Shown here: positions 1 through 57,410 of the stretch, in pieces
How positions within the stretch are numbered: position 1 is the first letter of the stretch
How the letters are laid out: every line of letters begins with the position of its first letter
Assembly (NCBI GenBank): GCA_000934665.2
Contig: KZ538269.1
Location: 1-64,000 of the forward strand
From: Catajapyx aquilonaris
Taxonomy: Eukaryota
Reading direction: 5' to 3'
Length of the DNA: 64,000 nucleotides
The notes under the pieces: model-generated
What the model saw: only the letters and a program-made list of their open reading frames with translations
What the model was told of the DNA's origin: nothing
Database searches by the model: none
Made by a program: the position numbers and the translations under genes

Positions 1-1390
1 TATATTAAGTAAAAAAGGCATATTCATTATACAGTATGTTATCAGAAACCATTATTTTCGCGGCTTTTCCAGTTTTCCCCGCCACTTCTCCCTTTTCTGT
101 TTGGATTCCCTATTTTTTCAACACAAAATATAGCTGGTGATCAGTGCAAAACGGCAAAGCATTTACTTGTTACCATCGGCAGAAACTATGAACACTACTT
201 CTTTTTTTCATCTTGATAAAAGGAGTGTTTTACTTAGTGTTTTGAAAAATGCTTTCGTTCGAGAGAATGGTGGAAGGTCACCCCNNNNCCCCCCCCCCCC
301 GAAGAGACAAACGATCAAGGATGACCAAGAGCTTTTATTTTTAAAATATTTAGGCTATTGCCGATAAAGGGACTGAAATTTTATTTTAAAAATTAAGTTC
401 TCTGGAGCTGCATGGACTCGATCCCTTCACCTTCAGAATGAAGCAATTACGTCTTCCTGGTCTTAGCCATCTATACCAACACGCCACTGCATATTGTAAG
501 TTCTTGAGAACATGACTGTACTACACCGTCTATTCATATCAGAAAAATAATATTGGCGGAGAGGGGGCCGTTTCAGTTGGAAGAGGCCATGGTTGGAAAT
601 TTTGCGATCACTATATGCCATTGCAATAATTGCATGCGTGGAATTTATGTTCAGGGCACGTAAAGTCAACTCAGTATGCAGGCAATGAATAAATTATTAT
701 TTCATCTGGTTTATTTTTAGTCGTCTATTTCACCAGACTCTCAATTAAATTTTATAAACTATTTAGTAATCATAAGAGTGAATATCACACGCAGAGTATG
801 ACAGTTTTTATTCAACATAAAGTACAGGGATCTACCGCAGAAAAGGTGCAGAAAATCGTGACAATGTGGAAACGGAAAAATTGTAATCAGGACATTGACG
901 ATTACTGTATAAACTTGGTGCTCATCGAAGTGCCAAGTGCTCCACGAATGTTGGCTTGACCCCGAAGTCCCTGAAATGAAACGACAGGTTGTTTCAGTAA
1001 TTGCCAAATTGTAAGAACTAGCCTATGTCTTCCCATCCCACGCATGGTTCTTACACCAATATTATCCGCAGACTCTGCGGATATCTACCGAAAGAAGCCC
1101 AGGAACATAGGATGTTGTTCAATAAAGGTTCTTGTACCTGTCAACCTTTTCATTCAGATCCTGACTTACTGCAACCGATATCCGTATGAAATATCGCAAT
1201 GCCATTCTCTGCAAGTCATTGCCTGCAAGTTCACTGAGCTGTGAAATAGAGCACAAAGCCGCATTCCCATATCGACTCCGCAGACTTGGGCAGACCTTGT
1301 AAAATTAACAACTGCAAATCCCCTTTTATTGTTAGGGTACATGACAATGGGTGCAATATTGTGGAGACTTCCAAGTCACCTCCCTTTCAG

Positions 1391-1876
1391 CGGTTCAACA
1401 CGAGCGAGCCCCACGGTCGTGCAGCAAGCGCCACTCCGTCCACCACTCGGGAGCCTTCCCGACTGATCTCAGCCCCTTCGCCCGTGGGCCGCTCTGCCCC
1501 CCTGTCCTGCCCGCCCTTGGCCACTACTATCCTTCCTTCCCACTGCCCTTCAAGGCGGCCGCCACCTTCGCCCCTCTCCAGCTGCACATGCCCTCGGCCG
1601 TACCGGTCAGCTCGGCAGCCGGACAACTGCCAGTGTCCGCCCCACTGGTGGCCCTGGGGTCCCTCCACCTGTCCAGTGAGACCTCGGCCTTCCACCACCA
1701 CCACCAGCACCACCACCATCTCCTGGCCACCACCCACCCGCACCACCACCTGCACCACCAGGTCCAGTCCATCAAGGAGGACGAGGTCACCAGCTCAGGA
1801 GGATTGGACTGCACCAAGAGTGGAAACTCGGACGACAGTCGCAGGTCACCCTGCCTCACCGACTCAGACAACAAGG
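1391..1876 (+). CDS. NR2E-family nuclear receptor (NR2E6/PNR-like), internal exon: T-box end plus His-rich hinge
   Basis: Acceptor tccctttcag|CG at 1390/1391. Reads (A)VQHERAPR, the NR2E-type T-box that follows the zinc fingers. Donor AAG G|gtatgg at 1876/1877; phase 1 to 1. Confidence 0.85.
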
Positions 1877-1934
1877 GTATGGCATACCCACCAATGGTTT
1901 TTTATTGAACAGTTCTCACAGCATACAATTCCAG

Positions 1935-2387
1935 CCAGCGACTCCCCAGTGGACAACCACCACGACGACACCTGCAGTCCTCCTCCTCCTCCGATGTGCT
2001 TGTCTGTGGGAAAGGTCAACAGCAGGTCACCATCGCCAACCATGCCCACCAGCAGCCCACCGCCGTCGGTGGCGTCCCAGCCTCTGGCTCCGCCACCCCC
2101 ACCACCTCCGCCTCCCCCACCCCCTCCGTCTCTTCCACCGCCCCCTCCTCCACCTCCTCCACCCCCACCCAGCAGCCTCCTTCCGATGCACCTGCATCTT
2201 CCTTTACTCCCTGCAGAAGGGGTGTACGAGTCAGCGGCCAAGCTCCTCTTCTTGTCTGTCAAATGGGCCAGGAGCATCCCTTCCTTCCTGCAGCTTCCCT
2301 TCAGGGACCAGGCCATCCTGCTGGAGGAAGCCTGGAGCGACCTATTTGTCCTCAGCACGGCCCAGTGGAACATGCCTGTCGATGAAG
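1935..2387 (+). CDS. NR2E6/PNR-like receptor exon: poly-Pro hinge plus LBD helices 3-5
   Basis: The acceptor caattccag|CC is the only nearby AG in the required phase (58-nt intron). Encodes VYESAAKLLFLSVKWARSIPSFLQLPFRDQAILLEEAWSDLFVL, the NR LBD signature. Donor GAA G|gtaaag. Confidence 0.85.
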
Positions 2388-2453
2388 GTAAAGGTACACA
2401 TCAAAACATTTTTTGGGGATATTCAGTCTAACACGTCCTTTTTTTCCATCAAG

Positions 2454-2857
2454 TGTCCCTGGTGACAGGGTCGGTAGCGCCTGAGGAGCGCCACCCGGTC
2501 CTCCTCCATGAGGCTCGACTTCTTCGAGAAACCATTACCCGCTTCGTGGTCCTCAGGGTGGACCACACGGAGTATGCTTGTCTGAAGGCGCTGGTCCTCT
2601 TCAAGCCGGAGACGCGTGGGTTGAGGGACAGCATGCAGGTGGAACTGCTGCAGGATCAGACACACCTCATGCTGCACGAGTACTGTCTTGGAAGGGCACC
2701 TTCACCTGGGTCAAAGGTCAGGTTCGCACGGCTCCTCCTGCTCCTGCCTGCGGTCAGGAGACTCAGCTCTCAAGGCGTGGAGGAGCTCTTCTTCCGGAAG
2801 ACAGTCGGAGACATACCGGTTGAGAGGCTGCTGGGAGACCTGTTCAAGTCTAGCTGA
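2454..2857 (+). CDS. NR2E6/PNR-like receptor terminal exon: LBD helices 7-12/AF-2
   Basis: 66-nt intron, acceptor ttttttccatcaag|TG. Encodes DHTEYACLKALVLFKPE...RFARLLLLLP...EELFFRKTVGDIPVERLLGDLFKSS, then TGA. Confidence 0.92.
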
Positions 2858-3468
2858 AATAGTACATGAAATAATTAACCCAGGTCATTTCCATTGGCTT
2901 CTGCTTAACTACCAATTTGCCCATGCTTTTCATTCTACTGTAATTCCAGAGTTAAGGCTGAATGGACTGTCATTGCACTAATTTTTTCCAATGTTGCAAG
3001 TCAACTGTACGGTACTTAATCCATATCCCCACTTTTTTTTTTCATGTTATGTACTGTACATTACATTAAATTCTATTTAGTCCATGACTGGAGTTGCTAC
3101 CAGGTTCAACTTGCTTTTAAGAGCTTTAGGAAAGTGCAATGCCGACTACGTGCAATATTACAAAATGAAGCATGGATGCCATTGTACAAGGCTGAACAAA
3201 AGATTGTGGCTATAATTTTGCAATTTCTTCATAGCAGATGGTGCCAAAATGATGAAACTATCAGGTTAGCACCATTGCAATACGTGTAAACATGTACTTC
3301 AGCTGATTAGCCATCTCAATGGGATGTTCTTTTATATCTGCAGGTTGTATAAAATATTTATTTGATCATATACGTACTCTTGTGTGGTTGGCTTTCCAAG
3401 GCACAGAAAAGGTGTGTAACTGAAAAGGTTTGTGTAAATTTATAAAGGTCCTGTCCGTTGTCAAAAAT

Positions 3469-3559
3469 AATAAAACTGTTGTGTGTGACCTCTACATTTC
3501 AATCCTCCAAGCTGGAATAAAAGACAACACCTTTTTTTTTTTAACTAGAATAATTTATT
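3469..3559. terminator. Convergent poly(A) signals of the nuclear receptor (+) and Imp (-)
   Basis: AATAAA on + at 3469-3474 and 3516-3521, followed by GT-rich and T-rich tracts. AATAAA on - at 3554-3559 (tttatt), followed on - by GGTGTTGTCTTTT. Confidence 0.55.
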
Positions 3560-6500
3560 CTTCATGGTAGAAAAAAGGAGAATGGACTATCTGACAATGT
3601 GGTAAACTCATCAATCAAACTTCATACAGTGTAACCAAGTGCCATGTGCAGCAAAATAAAAAAGGAAAAAAAAAAAAAAAAATCAGCCTCGCCCAGGGCT
3701 CTCCTGTTTGTCTTACAATGCTATTGCACCCCGTTGGAGGCTAATAGCTCAGGGAACAAACCAGCTACATGCCCATTACATACAGTACTTATATATTACA
3801 ACTGTTACAAAACCATATTTTGTTTTCTTCTCCAAACTACCACAGATTATGAGGGTTGGGGGGGGGGGGTGAGGAGGGGGTGAAATGGTGTGATTTAGGG
3901 AGGAGGGGAAAGCATGCATCTTTTTGAAAATTTTAATTAGTTGTAGAAATTGCCAAAAAATTAATTCCAAACAGTGGGAATAAGGGGTATGGGTGAGGGA
4001 GGGGCTGCAGTCACAAATGGTCGTCAAGGCAAAACGTGAAATGACCCAAAGTGCATGCAAATGGTAGTAGGATAAAATGAACATGCTGCGAAGCCAGGAG
4101 GAACTGGGAGGGAGAGAAAGGATCAATATAACTCTATGCAATAAATTCCAATTGAATTAATGCTGCACACACAAACAATAGTATTTTTCCCCTTTTTTTT
4201 CATTTAAAAAAAATCCAAGGCGTCAAAGGCAACTACAATGAGGCAACTAGGCTTGCAAGAGGTAGTAGATTCCAATACTGAGGCTGCACCGGTTTCTTAA
4301 AAAAGACACTGTTAGGCTATGTTGTGAGTGATAAAAAATAATATTGTGCTTGGATCCTGAGGTAGTTGATTATGTCTGTGGAACTATGTAGTTAGTTGTG
4401 TGGACCAGTCTGCAGTCAGTCTGGAAAAACTGTCCAATTATTTAATATAAAACAATGCATTGGAGGGAAGGATGTCAACATGGGGAGTGGAAAGGTTGGG
4501 AATGTGTGGGTGTGGCTGGGTTTGGTGAGCACTTGTCTGCAGTGCAAACAATGCTATATAAAAAAAAAATCAACTGCTCAGTTGTGGTTACCCTTATACA
4601 ATCTATACACATAGGATTGGAACCCATTCTTAAATAACCCGTCTCGACTAACAACTCTTGGGGAAGGGCATGGTGTCACAAATATGGCCTCAGTAGAGAA
4701 AAATAATTAACTAACTGGAATACGGCTGAATACATGAATTCTCCTCTTCACACATACAAAAAAAAAAGGTCACAAGCACTTTTTTTTTGTTCTCTTTTTA
4801 AGCTTTCTCTTCATTTGCAGGAAGGTGCTGATATCCCACAACTCAAGAGCACTCATCACACGCTGTAACAGGCAATAAAAAACTTTGGCACTCCAAACTG
4901 GAGACAGGCAGTCAGCCCTGACAATTTAAATAATCAAGCATTACAATAGTTAGCATGTGTTTGAAACATTACCAAAAAGAGGAATCAATAATTTAAAGGA
5001 ATGAGACAAAAAAAAAACTTCCTACCACTAGACCTCTAGAAAATCCATCAGCACCTAACCCTTATGAATATGTAAAGTGGCCTAGCACCAGAAGTCACAC
5101 TCCCTGCCACCCCTGCCAATATTTAAAAAAAAAATTATTAAAAAAAACACACAGTTCAGCCCCCCAAAAAAACACTTTGGCAGTTTCATGGGTTAGGATG
5201 GGTAGGGGGAGGGAACTCTTACCCCTGACACTTTAAAAAACCACTGGTAGCTACCAATCGCAGACCACTCAGTTCACACTTGGTCACAGGTGCGGGGGAC
5301 GGGGATGGGTGCAAGGGTACGAGGAACTTACTTTCAGGAACTTGTGTCCAACACGGAGTCGAACAGGACAGGGACAGGACGGGATGGAGAGGATAGGAGG
5401 GTGACAATATAAATGCAACATTCTGAGTACCTTTGCTGGGAGCTACCAGGTTCACATCACACGTAGCATTAAGCACAGCCAAATATCCAGTCTACTAAGT
5501 CAGTCCCACAATAATTGTTGCATATGGGCCTCCACAGGTGCCCAAACCCAACCAACCACAGGTCAAAAAAAAAAAGAGAGAAAATGTACAGAAAATTGAC
5601 AAACTCGACACGCCTATTTAGTCACTCGTCTTTGTAGACATCCCCAATGACTTAACAACTAATGAAAATAGTGTGGCAAGCGGTTCCCTCGCCCTGGAAT
5701 TATTACAATGTAATTACCATATATAACTTCTTTTTTTATACATTTTCTTTTCCAATGCAGTTTGTCCCCTTTCTCTGCAACTACTAGAGAGGAATAAGCT
5801 ATCTTGCTTTTTTTTTGGAATACAAACATGAAGCAACTGTCACACAAGCAAAGAGTTATAAGTGAACATTAGGGAGTGAATTTTTTAGGTTGCAAAAATT
5901 GGAAAGATAATGAATTGGAGGAACAAAGAAAGAGGACGTGAGGATTAGGAGGTGCCAAGTCGCATTTTGGTGGCGGCAGCAGTGCAGATCCAAAGCATGA
6001 AAAATCCCAGCACAAAATAATATACCCACAGCTTTGGTCCGCACTGATGCAACGTTTGGGAGACATGACACCCAGTCCTCCATACCAGAGTAAACAATTA
6101 ACCAATAAACAGGTAAAGAACAAAAAACTGTAATCTTGCAATCCCAGTGCGTAAACAATGGGATTCCTGTCTTTAATAGTAAAACAAGCATTATTATTTT
6201 TTCTGGTTAGCATCATAACAGACTACTACATTAGCCAAGCACCTACAACAAATGAGCATGTTTTTTTTTTTTAAACTGTACAAAATTTGCTTTAGGACCT
6301 GATACTAAGCATACTACTGTACCACAACGCATCTAGCTTTATTTATTTTTTTTCTGTTCAGATACCTGAGACATTTGTACGTGTTGGGTTTATGTACCTG
6401 TTATGACACCAACCTCAGAACTGCTTCTTACAATCCTACTACAGAAATTGATTTTTTTTTCACACTTAGGCCTATTCGAAGAAATACTTATTGACTGTAA

Positions 6501-9500
6501 AATTCATACTGATTACATGACACCAGAGAGAGAGAAAACAATAATAAATGGCCTAGCAAATGACGTTTTCCAAGTAACCAGAAAAACCCAGAGAAGAGTG
6601 TTCCTAGCTGATCAAACGTTTACTAAGTCCAACAAACTAAAGCGGACAGACCGCAGCTTCTTCCTTTCTCCTTTTTTTTTCATGATTTTGTCTTTTTTTC
6701 CTCTTTTTAAATGTAACAATCACTTTTGACTTTTTTTTTCAGGTTCACATCTGGGGGTAAAGTCTCCAGGAATCAACATATAGATGAAAGTGTAGCTGAA
6801 AGGAGTGATCATTTCCCTCTCTCTTGTCTCTCGTTTCGGTTATTTTTGCTACTTTTCGAGACGAACCGCTTCGGTGGCAACACAGGAGAGCCGTATGGCT
6901 TTTAGCATTTTTATACTCGTTTTGCATCAGTTCTCCTTTTTTTGTCCCAAGAAAATTAATTACAGAACAACTGCACTGCCTCAGCTTCCTATGCATCACA
7001 TGCCAAGCAAAAAAGTAGGGGTTGGGGAGGGGGGTAGGAGCACACACAAGTACGGAAGGCTGGGAGAAATACACATTTTGTTGTGTGTCATTGTCCGAAA
7101 TAAGCTCACTACTTTAGCTATACCGTCCGTTTTTTTCTTTCCCGTACAAAACATAAAAGGTCAGCTTCCCTTTGCTATTAACTCCGTTCGTACTGGTATT
7201 GTTTTTCACTTTTTTTTCCCCGTATCTGATAAAAAGTGCATTTGTCTCTTGCAAAAACACAAGAACAATAAGTGGTAATAATGAGGTAGTGGGCTCAGGT
7301 GGAGGGTGGGCCTTTTTAAAATGTATTCCATGATTTATTTTTTTTCCATTTCCCCTTTTTCTCATTTTCCCCCTTTCTTCGGCACTGCACAACAGTGGCG
7401 CAGAAAGGGACTTTCTACTAACTGCGAGAAAAATCCGCGTCTAAGTCATAGTCATCAATGCTTGATTTTTTGAAAAATCGTAGCTTGGGTAATCACAGCC
7501 GCATCACAGACAACAAAAAAAAATGGATGCCATTTTTTTCTTCTAGTTATGCCCTGCACTGCCGTGACCTGAATTTTCCAATACCGCCCCTTCCGAGTCA
7601 AAAGCGCTTTTCCAGAAAACACTTTCTGCTGTGTAATTGGCCGCTGTATGGATAGTTGGGGGGGGTGGGGGGCTAATTTAATGGACTTCCCTTTTCTTTT
7701 TTTGGCTTTTCTCCTTTATCATCATCATATCAATATCACGCACAAGTTAAACATCAATATCGAGTTGGTCTTTCTGAGCACACAAGTGTCGTTTTGAACG
7801 AGGTTGGGCACTTAACAAAAATCAGTAAAAAATACACCCCAAACTGCAGTGTCACTCATCAATGTGCAAAAAAAAATTATCAAAATACAACATAATATAG
7901 GCAAAAAAAAGTATCAACAATTGAAAATCAGCAACAATTGCTTAACTCTACTGCAGGGAGATACGGAGGGATTTAAAGATGGCTACAAAACAAAAGGATC
8001 TGTACAGTTTCACTATTTCATCTGACCTGCTCCTCTATCTGAGGGAAAGGGACACTATGCACAACTCGTAATGAAATCCGTCGACATAAATGAGCCAAAC
8101 GGATGAGACAGACCAGAGGAACAATTATCTAACAAAAAAACCAACAAACTTAAGCCAAAAAAAATATCCCGACCACTTTCAAAAAGCCACGTGTATGCTC
8201 AGTAAACACAACCCTCTCATGATTTCTTTTTGGCAACTTATCACCTGACAATACAAAAGAAAAGGAACTATTCACACAGCTCAGTATCAGCAGTGCTTAC
8301 TGCACTTTCAAAATTTTGTGTGTGCAAATGACTCCATTTCATCCACCATTTATAGATATATACTTATATGCACACTTATGCTGCGGACGAAGCGGCAACT
8401 TCCCTGCATATATACATACATATGTATAAACATGGACGGCAAATCTTGCCTGTTGATCCAACTTTTGCGTGATGATTACAACAAAAAGGTTGCGGTTGAC
8501 TTTGAGCATTTACTCTGCTGATAAGGGTTAATTATCCCGAAAAGGTCACAAGGTATAATGTCTGTGTGTCTGACGTCTTTCAATATTTTTCATTTTCTAT
8601 TGACCCCAAAAGGTTTCAGAAGCCAAAGATCTATGCTGGAAAATCGCAATGAAGTCGATGTCCAAAAGAAGACAAGTTTTGCTTTTTTTTCCCCTGTTTC
8701 TGTACGTGGGCATAATGTATCCACCTTAATTAATCGCTTAACATGTTTTTTATAGATACAAGCACAGCTATAATCAATAAGTTTTGTCAGGTAGTTAAAG
8801 AGATAAATTGAATTCTTTACATTTTCTTTGCAGGGAGGATTTTTGGACCAATTGAATATTATCGTGATTTTTTATTATTATTCGAAATGAAGTTGCTTTT
8901 GTTTACTTTCGTTTTTTGAACCAAAAATGAACCAAAATGACTTGACTTTTATTTTTATCCAAAAGAATTAAAACAGGAGCCTTGGTTTGCATGCACATGG
9001 AGAAATTGTTTTGAACTTTCTAAGATTTGAAGGTGCCAGTTCTCTCTTCTTTTTTTTTTAGCTTTTTCCATGCTGCTACTGCTCTAAGTCGGCAACTTTT
9101 TCTCCATTTCCATCATAGCAGAAAACGTGCTATGTTATTTTTTTTAATTACAATCTTTTTTTAAAAAGTCTAACAAAAGATTTTCTCCCAACAATGTATC
9201 AAAAATAAACTTTTTATAACTTTACGTACAAAAAAGACCACGAAATCTTTGCAACAACAATGGTCCTTAAATTGTAATTGAACTCTTTTTTGTACTAACT
9301 AAACAACAGAGTGGAGGATTTTTCAAACAATCCTTCCCTCTGACTTGTTAGGTAATACCTTCTTCATACAACCCTCGATTTATTTTTACCCAGTCTGGGG
9401 GTTGTTTCTTTTTTTTTAATACTCGTCTACTATATATATTTTCATTTTAAAACGCCTGACTTTTTTTTTTTTCCTCCGTTTTCTCTTTTCTCTTTTTTTA

Positions 9501-10484
9501 AATTATTGGTGGACTTGGATGTACGTATATCAAAAGTCTGGTTCCTTTCAAAAAGGACCGACTTGGAATAAACAGGGGAGTGAGAGACAAAGTCTGTTCA
9601 AAAAAGGTCTTATCATCTACGAGTCCATGGAACTTTCTCCTTCTGTCTTGTGCCTCATTTTTTTACTTTTGTTTTCTTTTCCCTCCTTCGCGTTTGCATT
9701 TTTCTTTGCATGTTAATGTTTGCATGTCTTAACTTCTAATATCCCTGAATCGATTCAAGAAGTTCTCAAGATAAATTACAGTACCTCAAGGGCTAAGAAA
9801 TCTGTCCACTAAGCAACACAAAAAAAAAATTGTCACGATACACATAAAAACATTTCTCGGTTGAAAAAAAAAAAATAAACAAATTAACGATTCCCTGAAA
9901 TCACCGATTTTTTTTCTCTCCTTAAAAACACCACCTTCTCTCTCTCAAAATATAACCAAAAAAAAAAAAAAAACCTCATGCAAACCCGTACCCGTCCATT
10001 CCACCTTCCTCTCTCCAATCGCCATTTCTTCTTCCCTTATCCTTCACTTTTCCTTTTCTCCCCCCCACCCCAGTCCTCCTCCTCCTTAAACCTTCAACAA
10101 CTTACACATTCCATTCCTTCCTTCATTTAACAATCAAAAAACTTACGAAAAAAAATAAACAACCAAAAAATAATTAATTAGTTAGTTAATAATTAAATTC
10201 CCGTATTCTTCATCGCACCACTCCTCTTCACTTCTTTGGTTTTCTGGGGGGGGGGTTATTTTTGTAGGAAGGGAGTAGGGCAGGGGTTGGGGGGATGGGT
10301 GGGTGTATTGATGGCTGGTGACTCTTCCTTCTTCCTTGAGGTAATCGTCAAAGGAGTGGGGCGGCAGTTGGCTTACTTAGGAGGGGCAGGTGGGTGGGGG
10401 GGCAGGGGCAGGGGCGGGTTGGGCGCAGCAAAACACATTCAGGTCTGCCCACACAAAAAGAACTGTTTCTGCATGGTATGTGCT
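3535..10484 (-). other. Imp: Probable long (~7 kb) Imp/IGF2BP 3' UTR with alternative poly(A) sites
   Basis: No credible coding exon between the Imp stop and the receptor 3' end. U-rich on -. Minus-strand AATAAA at 9379, 8948, 8871, 7334, 6338/6342 and 3554. Contains let-7 seed matches. Confidence 0.6.
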
Positions 10485-56533
<46,049 letters not shown>

Positions 56534-57159
56534 GGCTCCCGCTGCTCCTCCTCCGCTGCCCGCACTACTGCTGGCCGCCGACGCCGCCGACGCAGACGTC
56601 GTCGCCGCCGACGATGCTGCTGACCCTTCCAGTGTGGGCAATGTACACGTCAAATCACACCTCTCAAAATATTAATTTATATTCAAAGTATAAAACAGTT
56701 AATTGGTCTCTCTCGTTTTTTATCCCTCCAGTTTGGATGGAGGGGGTGGGGGCGGGGGGGTGTTGGCAGGTGTAGGGGGTGGGGGGTGCACACACACACA
56801 CACACACACTATTGTCGCTGTTTTTTTCGCGATTTAAAAAATGGCACACTATCCGCACACGCACACACGCACACACACCCCCGTCGTGTGCGGGATCTGC
56901 GGAGACTTCTGTGCGAACGCCACGGAGGTGGTCCCACTACTGGGCGCGAGTCCAGACAACAAAACCACGAAAACCTGGTGGGGGATGAGAAAAAGAAGAG
57001 AAAACGGACGGGAAACGGAACGCACCCCCTCTCTTCCCTTCCCTCCCACCCCCTTCAAGCCAAAAAAAAGAAGAGAGAGAGGACCTGAAGGGGGCTGTCG
57101 GAATCGAGCCCCGCACCAGACGCGGTCCAGACACGGTTCCGAACATGCCCCTCCCGACT

Positions 57160-57410
57160 CCCGCTCGCTGATTGGTCCGAAAGTAGCCGGCCACGTGACC
57201 TTTTTCCCTTCCCGCCTCTCGCTCCGATTGGTCCGATTGGCACTCAGGCACACACCCGTCTCTCCCGCACTTTTTTTCTCTCTCTCGCCAAAATTTTCGC
57301 GCGTATGCAGTATGTAGTGTGTACAGAGTGTGAGGGGAAGGGGGCGGGGATGAATGGGAGGGGGGCAAGGGGTGCTATATGATGGGAGCCCCCCGATTGG
57401 GCCAACCGAA
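57160..57410 (-). promoter_or_regulatory. Probable main Imp promoter
   Basis: Four same-orientation CCAAT boxes on - (57171, 57227, 57236, 57396) and E-box CACGTG at 57192-57197. CpG-rich, and directly upstream of an AUG-free leader. Confidence 0.6.

Noticed and set aside
1286..2431. 381-aa ORF as a single CDS or dual-coding region
   Set aside because: It joins an off-frame reading of the first exon, the 58-nt intron and the true second exon. Stop-poor alternative frames are expected in C-rich low-complexity coding sequence.
4230..4405. let-7-like words on + as a let-7 miRNA gene
   Set aside because: There is no complementary star arm or hairpin and the 3' halves diverge from let-7. They are better explained as target sites on the minus-strand Imp UTR.
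10377..10484. Stop-codon readthrough extension of Imp
   Set aside because: The stop is TAA-A, a poor readthrough context, and the short downstream frame is unremarkable.
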